In this document: piece by piece, positions 42,560-52,167 of the stretch
How the letters are laid out: each line of letters begins with the position of its first letter
How positions within the stretch are numbered: position 1 is the first letter of the stretch
Source: Meyerozyma guilliermondii
Taxonomy: Eukaryota
Length of the DNA stretch: 64,000 bases
Direction of reading: 5' to 3'
Assembly (NCBI GenBank): GCA_051546255.1
Contig: CP128818.1
Span: forward strand, 62,001 to 126,000
Position numbers and translations under genes: made by a program
Notes under the pieces: generated by a model
Databases searched by the model: none
Told to the model about the DNA's origin: nothing
What the model saw: the letters and a program-made list of their open reading frames with translations, nothing else

Positions 42560-44254
42560 ATGGGTATCGATATATTTTCGAGAACAAACACTATGGGCTT
42601 GACGAACCGCTCGTTACGAGTGGCCGTTACTGCCGTTGCAGTTACTGGTTTCTCTTTGTTCGGTTACGATCAGGGTTTGATGTCGGGTATCATTACTGGA
42701 GAACAATTTAACGCTGAGTTTCCACCTACCGGAGCAGTTAATGGAGTTACTAGTCACCATACTACCGTTGTTCAGGGTGCAGTGACCTCTTGTTACGAGT
42801 TGGGATGTTTCTTTGGTGCTCTTTTTGCCTTGTTCAGAGGTGACCACATTGGTAGAAAACCTTTGATTATCTTTGGTTCGCTTATCATTATTCTTGGAAC
42901 CATCATTTCCACCGCTGCCTTTGGTCCTCATTGGGGTCTTGGTCAGTTCGTCATAGGTAGAGTCATTACTGGTATTGGTAATGGTTTCAATACTGCCACC
43001 ATTCCTGTTTGGCAATCGGAAATGTCTCGTGCTGAAAACAGAGGTAGATTGGTCAACTTGGAAGGTTCCGTGGTGGCTGTGGGTACATTTATTGCTTACT
43101 GGTTGGACTTTGGATTGTCTTATGTCGATACTTCTGTTCAATGGAGATTCCCCGTTGCTTTCCAAATTTTCTTTGCTGCTATTTTGTTCTTTGGAATTAT
43201 TCAATTACCTGAGTCTCCAAGATGGTTGATCGCCAAGGACAGAAAGGAAGAAGCCATGACAATTTTGGCTGCTTTGAACGGTTTGGAAGTAAATGACGAT
43301 GCTGTTCATGCTGAAGCCGTGGTTGTGGCCGATGCCGTCAACAGATTTGCTAGATCCCAAGTTGGTGTTAAGGAGTTGCTTTCCGGTGGAAAGACCCAGC
43401 ATTTTGCCAGAATGGTTATTGGTTCATCTACTCAATTTTTCCAGCAATTCACCGGTTGTAATGCTGCCATCTACTACTCCACCGTTTTGTTCGAAAGTAC
43501 CGTTTTGGTCGATGAAGAACCAGGATGGAGAAGAAGATTGTCATTGATTTTGGGTGGTGTTTTCGCTACCATCTACGCCTTGTCCACCATCCCTTCGTTT
43601 TTCTTGATCGACACTCTTGGTAGAAGAAAATTGTTCCTCATCGGAGCTATTGGTCAAGGTTGTGCCTTCATCATTTGTTTCGGTTCATTGGTCCACAGAA
43701 CTGCTGAGAATGCCAAGGGTGCTGCCGTTGGTATTTTCTTGTTCATTGTCTTCTTTGCATTTACCATTCTTCCACTTCCATGGATCTACCCACCAGAAAT
43801 CAACCCATTGAGAACCAGAACCGTGGCTAGTGCTGTGTCCACTTGTACCAACTGGATCTGTAACTTTGCCGTGGTCATGTTCACTCCTATTTTCATCAAC
43901 AGATCCGATTGGGGTTGTTACCTCTTTTTCGCTTGTGTGAACTTCCTCTGGGTTCCAGTCATTTTCTTCTTCTACCCAGAAACCGCTGGTCGTTCTTTGG
44001 AAGAAATTGATATCATTTTCGCCAAGGCTCACGTTGACGGTAGTCAACCATGGAGAGTTGCTGCTACCATGCCTAAGTTGTCTTTGAGTGAAATCGAGCA
44101 ACATGGTACTCAATTGGGTCTTTACGACAACGATTTCGAGAAGGAGCAGTTTGAGAAGAATGAGAACGTTTCCAACACCTCGTCTGACGACGCCAAGGAA
44201 GGTGTTGACACCCCTGCTAATAATGAACCCATGATTAAACCAGCCGAGGTTTAA
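42560..44254 (+). CDS. STL1: Sugar-porter family glycerol/H+ symporter
   Basis: SRTNTMGL, GFSLFGYDQGLMSG, NTATIPVWQSEMS, QQFTGCNAAIYYS, PWIYPPEINP, YPETAGRSLEEID. Confidence 0.88.
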   Translation: MGIDIFSRTNTMGLTNRSLRVAVTAVAVTGFSLFGYDQGLMSGIITGEQFNAEFPPTGAVNGVTSHHTTVVQGAVTSCYELGCFFGALFALFRGDHIGRKPLIIFGSLIIILGTIISTAAFGPHWGLGQFVIGRVITGIGNGFNTATIPVWQSEMSRAENRGRLVNLEGSVVAVGTFIAYWLDFGLSYVDTSVQWRFPVAFQIFFAAILFFGIIQLPESPRWLIAKDRKEEAMTILAALNGLEVNDDAVHAEAVVVADAVNRFARSQVGVKELLSGGKTQHFARMVIGSSTQFFQQFTGCNAAIYYSTVLFESTVLVDEEPGWRRRLSLILGGVFATIYALSTIPSFFLIDTLGRRKLFLIGAIGQGCAFIICFGSLVHRTAENAKGAAVGIFLFIVFFAFTILPLPWIYPPEINPLRTRTVASAVSTCTNWICNFAVVMFTPIFINRSDWGCYLFFACVNFLWVPVIFFFYPETAGRSLEEIDIIFAKAHVDGSQPWRVAATMPKLSLSEIEQHGTQLGLYDNDFEKEQFEKNENVSNTSSDDAKEGVDTPANNEPMIKPAEV

Positions 44255-44484
44255 TAATCGAGACTGTAACATATAGATTGATTAATACCATACACAGTGT
44301 GAATAAACTACATAAACAAAGTCTATACAAGAAAACTATACACAAACAATATCTAATCTATACAAGAATTCTTATAAATCTCGATTGAAATGAGTATGTA
44401 ATTCGATTATTTGCAGCAGTTTTCACTTGATATTAAAGTCATTGGTGTACCAAAAGATTTTTCAATGAATGTGTTTCCTTTCTT

Positions 44485-46197
44485 TTACGAATGGAGCGTC
44501 TCAAACATTCCCAAAAGACTAAAGTAGTGTCCAAGGATTCCCAAAAGGACAAAAATGTGCCATATACTGTGGCTGGAGAAAAAGTAGTCCACCCAGTACA
44601 ATGACCAAAAGTCTTTGTGATATACTGTCTTTGTTGGCTCGTCGGGGAAATGTTTGTCGATGATTTCTCTGTATTCTTTGGACTGTGTGGGGTCTTCTTT
44701 GATTCCGAGATTATCGTTGGACTCGTCGTTAGTCGAATCTTCCTGTTCATGTAATTCTGTTTCCAACTGCTGGAATTCTTCTTCACCGCTGTGTTCAATA
44801 TTATCCGTAAGAACATCACGAGCTGTATGGTTGTGATGACATGGGCCATCTTCATTGATAATCACATCGTACCGCCATCTTTCTGGTATCAACCCTCCAT
44901 AAAAGACGACACCTGCCAAATATGCGGTACAACTCTTGAGAACAAGAGGCAGGAAAAACTTGAGCGATACCATTACTCCCTCATTGAAGCACATGGCAAC
45001 GAAGGTCGTAAGTCCCACAAACGCCAAACCAACAAAAAACCCAATTCTCAATGGCCTACATTCTGGTCTGTCAAAATAAGACGACCAATTCAACGTTAAA
45101 CCACCAAGGCCACAGAGGATTGTAAAAGTCATCACTATTTTCTGCAACTTGGGGAAATGGTACAATGAGCAATATTCCGACGAAATCACCGATGCTGAGA
45201 TCAAAATAGTGATTCCAGTGTAATCTACTGATGCACAACTCGATCTAACTGGCAACTTTGCGAAACATGAATAAGTGTGCCATATAGTAGAGCATGCTAA
45301 ACACCCAAAAGCAGCCGCCAAGAACATGTACACAACCACATTGTCTCTATAACTGTTTATCTGAAACAACTCGGTGCTGGGCAAATGGACAGCTCCCAAA
45401 AATATCACAATCAATGCGCCTATAAGATGGGTCCAAATGTTCATGGATTCGTTATGGTTGAACTGGAATACAGATTTGAGCATGGTTTTATGGCTCAAGG
45501 AGAACCTGTACCCGTAGATGATGTATCTATTTTCTCTCCAGCTTAATGGAATATCGTAGTAATGCAAATACTCTTTCTCGGCCTTCTGGAGAGCTTTATT
45601 GAAATTGTAGAAACGAAAGTGCTGGAAGCTAGGGGCATGGTAGTCTGTAGTGGCCTGAGGGGTCTTCTCCTGGATCAAATTGTCAACTTGAGAGAGTTTC
45701 TCGTCAAAGTATTGGATGGTGGTGATAATTTTACGAGATAGAATTTCTTTGCTTTGCGAGAGTTGAGTGGTTTCTGTTGCTGGCGAGCCTGGTTCTGAGG
45801 CGGGAGAGCTGAATAAATAGGTGTACTGGTCATCTAGCGTGTTGTAAAGGTGTTCAAGGTTTGTTATCGATGACTTTAAGACGGAGGCTTTGATCAAAGA
45901 AAGCCGTTGGTGAACCGTACTTAAATTGGGGAGTGTAAATGACCTTAACGAATTAAGACTGGCGCTGCTGTTTCTCCTCAGAGTGCTCGACTTCTCCGGG
46001 AACTCATAATTGTCGTCGTCAGACGCTCGGAGCCGGAAATACTGCTCAAAAGTATCCAATCTCGATTCGATCGAAGACAAAAAACGGTCGAGTTTTTCTA
46101 CCAAAACTTCTTCTGTGGGCTTGGCAACCTCCTGGCGTTCTTGAGACGAAGAAACGCCGTCGCTCCGCCGGTTTCTGAGCGTATATGTTTCGGACAT
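44485..46197 (-). CDS. IZH3: PAQR/HlyIII family membrane protein, Izh3-like
   Basis: Long N-terminus; WRENRYIIYGYRF, HNESMNIWTH, STIWHT, DYTGI, IPERW, SHSIWH; ATG at 46197. Confidence 0.8.
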   Translation of the reverse strand: MSETYTLRNRRSDGVSSSQERQEVAKPTEEVLVEKLDRFLSSIESRLDTFEQYFRLRASDDDNYEFPEKSSTLRRNSSASLNSLRSFTLPNLSTVHQRLSLIKASVLKSSITNLEHLYNTLDDQYTYLFSSPASEPGSPATETTQLSQSKEILSRKIITTIQYFDEKLSQVDNLIQEKTPQATTDYHAPSFQHFRFYNFNKALQKAEKEYLHYYDIPLSWRENRYIIYGYRFSLSHKTMLKSVFQFNHNESMNIWTHLIGALIVIFLGAVHLPSTELFQINSYRDNVVVYMFLAAAFGCLACSTIWHTYSCFAKLPVRSSCASVDYTGITILISASVISSEYCSLYHFPKLQKIVMTFTILCGLGGLTLNWSSYFDRPECRPLRIGFFVGLAFVGLTTFVAMCFNEGVMVSLKFFLPLVLKSCTAYLAGVVFYGGLIPERWRYDVIINEDGPCHHNHTARDVLTDNIEHSGEEEFQQLETELHEQEDSTNDESNDNLGIKEDPTQSKEYREIIDKHFPDEPTKTVYHKDFWSLYWVDYFFSSHSIWHIFVLLGILGHYFSLLGMFETLHS

Positions 46198-46351
46198 GTT
46201 TACTAAGAAAAAGTGTTGCAAGGAGTTGCTCGAGCGGAACCTGTGATTCAGGTAGCGAGAACCTGCATACAGCCGCACGTTTTAAGATCGTTTCTTTTCC
46301 CGACCGGACCGGCCCCTATTGTTCTATGCAGTATATTATATAGCGACCTAT

Positions 46352-48763
46352 TTAATGGTGTTTAAGGCGTTCAAAGTATTCGTAGTCGTAGAGAGATTTT
46401 CGAATAGGTTTTCTCATCTTGAACTGAGCAGTGAACTCGTTGTATTTCTTCCTCAACTCTGGGTTTGTTTTGAGCTCCTCGTTATCCCGGCCGAGAGAAT
46501 CGAACAAATACTGGCGTTCTTTAGTGTGTAAATCAGTAACCTCTTTTGTAAGATAATACTCTGTTAGTATGTTGTCGTTCTCTAGGAGCTGGAGAACCTG
46601 GTCGTCTGTCATGTGGGTGACTTTGTTGAGCAATTTGTCGCGATTTATACCATTTTCGTCCGTTACTTCTTCCTGGTTAAATACTGGCGCCAACTGCTCT
46701 TTTCGCAACCATAAATTCAATCGGTTGACAAAGTACCAATCGTGGAATTCGTAGTCGGACAATCCCTTGGAGTACTCGAATATCAATCTGTCTGTGATAG
46801 TCAGCGGAATAAATACTGGAACCCCTCCAAGCATAGAGTATCTGAGTGGTGAGAGTTGCTCGAGCTTGTAGAAATGCTTTCTACGGTCGTTGTAAATTTC
46901 AACCTGATCATCCTCGAAACCCTTTTCTATGTTTGCCAATCCATTGTCGTTATACTCCTCGGGAGTATTTGCTTTTGACTTGCTCAAGCCGGTAATATCG
47001 ATGTATATGCCTGAGTCGACATCGACAAACCGAGCATCGATATGATTCGATTTTTCTGAAATTCCCCTATTGTGGATGTATGTTCCAACGTCTATCAAGA
47101 AGCGCCCGTAGCCTTCTGTGGGGTCCTCGACTACCAAGGTTTGGTTATAGCTTCGAGCAAGACGAGCCAACTCCACCGCCGGCATTTGGATGTCGATGTC
47201 TACGTCAAAGGGGAACATTAATCCATCCCAGTACCACGAAAGTAGCGGACCATGCATAATCCAGGTGATGATCCCCTTTTCCTCAGCAAAGCGGTTCCAA
47301 TTTCTCAAAAGACGATCGAGAATAATATTGGTTCTGGTGGTGAGTTCTCGTTCAGTCCATCCAATTCTGTCATAGTTGAGGGCTCCATTGAAGAAACGCC
47401 AGTCATAATGCCAGCCCCATTCGCGGTCTCTGTTTCTATCGTCGTCGATACGGATAGTAGCCATTTTGAAGTAAGTGGGTTCGGTTTTATCGTCGTAATT
47501 CGAGCATTCGACCAACCCATTATAGTACAGTTTTTCTTGGACAGAAAGCTGGTCCAACGGTATTTCGTGGCGGTTCTCATAGAAATAGATCTGATTTTTG
47601 ATCATCGACAGATGGTAGTTGAACATTTCTGGTGTGAGTTCTAATTCACGAGATGCCTTGGGATCGCTCTGCTGTCTCAACACCTGGTACATCTTGTGGG
47701 TGTCGTCGTCTTCATTCAAGTACCGTGGTGTCACCTTGGACTTCAAGTCCTCAAATTCCTTGGGCAAATCAAGACGTAATAACGTTTGTTCGTCGATGGA
47801 CTCGATATCAAAGCCGTTAGACTTGATATAGTCGGTGACTATAGGAGAGCTGGCCAACCGCTGGTTGCTGTTTTGGTCCACCTCGAACTCATAGGTTCCA
47901 CCTTTGTTGTCTCCATTCAAGAAAACCACCTTATAAGGTTTGGGAAGATGTTGAGTTAAAGCGTAAGACTTGCTTTCAAGAATACGAATATCATTGAATG
48001 GTCTATCATCATGAGTAGAATGCGAGTGGATGACAAAACCAGGCAATTGCTCACGTCGGCGGAACCCCATTTGACTGATTTGGTCGTCGGTGTAGTTGTT
48101 GTTGTTGAAACAAAAGTACGAAGGGTCTGGATCATTATTGGTGAACGAGCGGATGATCTCGCAAGTCATACGTTGTTCTAGGGGCTTTGAGAGGTCCTCG
48201 TTGAGTACCGTAAGGTCCATCCAGTCAGCCCAGTTGAAAGGGAGCTTGGGGAGATCATATTTGTTGGAATCGACCGGTCCATCCGACAGGTCAAGTTCAC
48301 GGTACCGACGTTTAATTTCATTAAGATACATCAGAAATGTGAACCTGGGGTCATAAAAGAGCTGTGGTTTGTTTGCCCAACTGTTTTCCGACTCCTTTTC
48401 TGCAAGAAAATGAGATATTTCCACATCAACCACTGGTTCGGTGATGTCTGTCTTTGCTAACCAAAATCTTTCAGGGTCATCTTCCACCTGTTTGAACTTC
48501 TTTTTAACCTTGGATTCAAACGACGTACTCGGCGCCGGCGGCGTATTGGATATGGGTTGCTGGGGATGATTATTATCGTTGTTCAACGATTTGCTGAAAT
48601 CTCGAAATTTGGCAGGGATGAGTTTGTAGCCGTAGAAATGAGAAAACGACAAAACAAAAACATTTATGACTAGAAGGAGACCCACGATGATCTTGGCTAG
48701 TCTGAGCGACAGCCTCGACTTTATTCTGGATGCTGCTCTAGTAAACGTTGCCAGAAGCAGCAT
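46352..48763 (-). CDS. MNN4: Mnn4-like mannosylphosphorylation protein (LicD/fukutin family)
   Basis: Type II TM segment; YDPRFT, FNWADWMDL, HYDWRFF, HGPLLSWYW...FPFDVDIDIQMP, IDARFVD..SGIYIDIT. Confidence 0.8.
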   Translation of the reverse strand: MLLLATFTRAASRIKSRLSLRLAKIIVGLLLVINVFVLSFSHFYGYKLIPAKFRDFSKSLNNDNNHPQQPISNTPPAPSTSFESKVKKKFKQVEDDPERFWLAKTDITEPVVDVEISHFLAEKESENSWANKPQLFYDPRFTFLMYLNEIKRRYRELDLSDGPVDSNKYDLPKLPFNWADWMDLTVLNEDLSKPLEQRMTCEIIRSFTNNDPDPSYFCFNNNNYTDDQISQMGFRRREQLPGFVIHSHSTHDDRPFNDIRILESKSYALTQHLPKPYKVVFLNGDNKGGTYEFEVDQNSNQRLASSPIVTDYIKSNGFDIESIDEQTLLRLDLPKEFEDLKSKVTPRYLNEDDDTHKMYQVLRQQSDPKASRELELTPEMFNYHLSMIKNQIYFYENRHEIPLDQLSVQEKLYYNGLVECSNYDDKTEPTYFKMATIRIDDDRNRDREWGWHYDWRFFNGALNYDRIGWTERELTTRTNIILDRLLRNWNRFAEEKGIITWIMHGPLLSWYWDGLMFPFDVDIDIQMPAVELARLARSYNQTLVVEDPTEGYGRFLIDVGTYIHNRGISEKSNHIDARFVDVDSGIYIDITGLSKSKANTPEEYNDNGLANIEKGFEDDQVEIYNDRRKHFYKLEQLSPLRYSMLGGVPVFIPLTITDRLIFEYSKGLSDYEFHDWYFVNRLNLWLRKEQLAPVFNQEEVTDENGINRDKLLNKVTHMTDDQVLQLLENDNILTEYYLTKEVTDLHTKERQYLFDSLGRDNEELKTNPELRKKYNEFTAQFKMRKPIRKSLYDYEYFERLKHH

Positions 48764-49513
48764 GATCGCTTAAAAAAAAAAATTGTTGACGAGCCAAACG
48801 ATCGTGGCTTGAAATCGTGGCGCTTGCTAGAAAATAAGACCGCTGCTAATCTGGGTAGTTTGCCGAAGTTTCTTTGAAATTAAAACCTTCGAATTCAAAC
48901 AGCGTCACACGATACTTATGTGATGGCTATTGTTCTCGCGCGACCGCGCACAAATTGGCTCAAACAGGGAAGGCTATGGCGGCCTGTGTTACGATGCATG
49001 GTGCGGTATGGGGCTGAGGGAAAAAGAAGAAGAAGAAGAAAAAGAAAGGGAAAGAAAGAAAGAATAAGAAAAGAATAGTAAGGCTCTTTAATTTTATTAG
49101 GACTTTACATGAGCCGTTTCTTGGCACCGACATTTTCACTATTTTCCAGTTTTCGCTTCGCACAGTTTTAAACTTCTCATCGTTTGTTGCCCGTTTTAAG
49201 ATGCGAATTGTTCGGGCGATCAACGCGCACTGCCTGCGTTTGAAGCATTGATGAGGCGGTGTTAAAGCAGACGGATTGATGTATTCACAATGCTCTACAT
49301 AATCTGAACCACTTGGAGCTGATAGTGATGGTTCTGTTATGTAAAATAACTTTAAAGTTGGCTTTGAACCACTGCAATTCAGACCTTCCCACCTACACAT
49401 AAATCAGCCTCACACATAGAAAACAAATGAACTAAACTAATTGTCAATGTAGCTTGGTCAACAAGCTCAGCTACATTAGGTACAACTTTGTAGCTTTCGT
49501 CTCAAGTGCTCAG

Positions 49514-50377
49514 CTAGTCCTGGTACGTCGTGGGGTCCCAGTTGGTAAACCGCTGGCTCGACTCAGGATGCGAGAGAAGCTTCATGTCTTGGCTCAGAAT
49601 GTCAAAATCAAAGACATTAATGTTCTCAACGGCACGGTCCTTCTTCTCACTCTTGGGCAACACAACAAACCCTTGTTGCAATGACCATCTGATCAACACC
49701 TGAGCTGGAGTTTTTTGATACTTTTTGGCCAATTGGACCAAGGTAGGATCGTGAAAATTTTTGCCTCGAGTAAGTGGACTATATGCTTCCATAACGATAC
49801 CATTGGCCTTGGCATAGTCAACTATATGGGTCCGCATCAACCATGGATTCAATTCAACTTGGTTAACCACAGGCTTGATCTCCAATCCGTCCCATTCCAA
49901 CAACTCTTTCATGTGGTGAACACCATAATTCGATACACCAATCGACTTGATTTTTCCACTCTTGACAGCTTCTTGCAATGCTTTCCACGTCTCCAATCTC
50001 TTCGTTCTGTTCGATTGAGGCGAGTGGATCAACACCATGTCAATATATTGCAAATCCTTGACTTTTTGCAAGCATTCGTCAATGGCTCGCTTGGCTTTTT
50101 CATATCCATGGTTAAAGTCGAAAATCTTGGTGACGTAAAAAACGTCCTCTCTCTTGTTGTTGGGACTTTCCTGAAGCCATTTACTAATTCCTTCACCAAC
50201 TTCCTTTTCATTCTTGTAAAATTCCGCCGAATCAATGTGCCTATACCCAACCTTCAAAGCATTGTATGCGACTTGTGAAGCTACACCGGCGGGTGTCATG
50301 TAAACTCCCATTGCAATCACGGGGATTTTTAAGCCATTGTTAAGAGTGAGCTTTGAGTTCATGGTGAGGGAAGTCAT
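49514..50377 (-). CDS. Aldo/keto reductase (YJR096W-like)
   Basis: GYRHIDSA.FY.NE, YVTK, LIHSP, SIGVSNY, NQVELNP, AYSPL, LPKS; ATG at 50377. Confidence 0.92.
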   Translation of the reverse strand: MTSLTMNSKLTLNNGLKIPVIAMGVYMTPAGVASQVAYNALKVGYRHIDSAEFYKNEKEVGEGISKWLQESPNNKREDVFYVTKIFDFNHGYEKAKRAIDECLQKVKDLQYIDMVLIHSPQSNRTKRLETWKALQEAVKSGKIKSIGVSNYGVHHMKELLEWDGLEIKPVVNQVELNPWLMRTHIVDYAKANGIVMEAYSPLTRGKNFHDPTLVQLAKKYQKTPAQVLIRWSLQQGFVVLPKSEKKDRAVENINVFDFDILSQDMKLLSHPESSQRFTNWDPTTYQD

Positions 50378-51046
50378 TTTATGGTTGCAAACTTGGAGGA
50401 ATGTACTTATATAGATTGTGCCGTTACGAGCATTGGACTTTTTTTCTTTGGCAGATACGGTCGGGGTTAATTCAATACGGTACGGAATTAATCCACAAGT
50501 TATTGCCGTCACGAATGGTCCTTTAAAGTGGTGACAAATTTCATTTTCGTATGTCAAAAACCCTTACTGTTTCTGGGTTGCTGACAAATATCTTATGCGG
50601 CTCAATTACGAACGTAGGCTGAGTTAGCCATGGCATAAGTGTATAGTAAGTGAGCTGTGAGAGATCATTGCAGTATCAATTATAGTAGAATCAATTCTCT
50701 TAAAACATTAACTAAGAATCAACTTCTTACTCACATCAAAAATGCAGAGCTAATTTTTGGCTGCAAAAAAATGAGTACCCTCTAAGTAAGCAGTTGTGCA
50801 GATTCTGTCTGATAAGATGGATTCTGTGATCTAGCTTTGAGGACTCAAATACGAGTTCGTGACTATTCATGATCGTAATCAACAAGGAAGATAAGATTCA
50901 GCTAGAACTTTGTAGAAAAATCCGAAAACATTCAGTGAGCTAGTTGATGAAGATGAAATAGCTATTAAGTTGGCACTGATTCTCATACCAGAATTCACCT
51001 ACTCATCATTAAACCGCTTCTGTTCCCCACATTGACCGTTTCCTTT

Positions 51047-51820
51047 CTATGCTGTCCCTGGCATGAGCTGTTCATCCAAAAGACAATCAAGTGCAGGGTC
51101 AATGGGTTGCTTATATCCATCTGGTTTATACGGAAATGTGTCAGGATCCAATAAGTTTGTGCTGCCACCGTTGTCAAGCCAGTCCTGCTGCCAAAAACTC
51201 GGGATGTCTTCAAAGCTAAAATTTAGTATATCTTCAGGAGTCAATAATTCGATCTCTTCTGGCGATGAGTGGTCGTTCATAGCCGCATTTGAATGATCAC
51301 CACTTTCCTCATCTTGTGAGTCAGTACCCTTTCGACGCATTCTTTGCAAATACTTTTTTGTTCGTATCAACGGAAGCGCCTTTCTCTTCAAAGGATCATT
51401 ACCCTGTAGACACTCTAGGTAGTATTTTCTGGGGGTTTTTCCCGTGTAGTTTTTGAACAGTCTACAAAAATGCCATTTGGAAGCGCCCACCTGCTGCGCT
51501 ATTGCATCGAAGTCCGGCTTCTTTCCTGCTCTTGCAGCTCTGCCTATAAGTAAGCAACCTTTGGCTACATTTTCTCGTGTTGTGTTCCAGCCACTCATTT
51601 TTTCAGGTTTGCACCTTTTGCACGGTCTGTATCCCTGCTCGATAGCCTCTTTTAGTGTGTTACAAAACTGAACATTTTTAAGATTGGGAAATCGTGAGTA
51701 GCAGGTGGGCCGACAGCATATTTTTGTAGTGGCCACCAAGTACAAAAAATGACCTTCAGCATCCGGTTCTCTATTAAGAACTGCTTGTAGTTTCTGATCA
51801 AACGTCTCGTAGCGTCCCAT
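51047..51820 (-). CDS. Ada-type Zn-binding (methylphosphotriester methyltransferase) domain plus AraC HTH, with acidic C-terminal tail
   Basis: V.TT.I.CRPTC.SR and GYRPCKRCKP (four Ada Zn ligands); IAQQVGASKWHFCRLFKNYTGKTPRKY AraC-like HTH; ATG at 51820. Confidence 0.85.
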   Translation of the reverse strand: MGRYETFDQKLQAVLNREPDAEGHFLYLVATTKICCRPTCYSRFPNLKNVQFCNTLKEAIEQGYRPCKRCKPEKMSGWNTTRENVAKGCLLIGRAARAGKKPDFDAIAQQVGASKWHFCRLFKNYTGKTPRKYYLECLQGNDPLKRKALPLIRTKKYLQRMRRKGTDSQDEESGDHSNAAMNDHSSPEEIELLTPEDILNFSFEDIPSFWQQDWLDNGGSTNLLDPDTFPYKPDGYKQPIDPALDCLLDEQLMPGTA

Positions 51821-52167
51821 CTTAGCTATCAATAGTTGGAGATTGGTGATAAAATTGTTCCAGTTTTTGGTTCCAGTTTTTTTAATTCAAGTTTTATAGA
51901 ATTGCTAGATGCCTTAAATTAATATTGTATTCTCGTTTCTGCGTTGTTAAAACTCAGCTCGTGATTAGTTTACTTTATCACCGTGAGGCTGCGCTGCATG
52001 GTTCACTATATAGGTGCTTTTTTGCTCTCAATGTTGAGACTGAAGTCACGTTCAATTCCAGTGTTCTATGCAGGATCGCGAGTAGATTAAATGGCTGCAA
52101 ATTATGACAGCTGACCAACTTTCCACTATTCAATTTACTAGTAGCAATTTATGCATTTCATATACAT

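Noticed and set aside
49249..49307. Possible C/D snoRNA (TGATGA...CTGA) with an 11-nt match to 18S-like UAGAGCAUUGU
   Set aside because: Only about 60 nt, no terminal stem, and the complementary stretch ends 6 nt before the D box so D+5 is outside the duplex; probably chance
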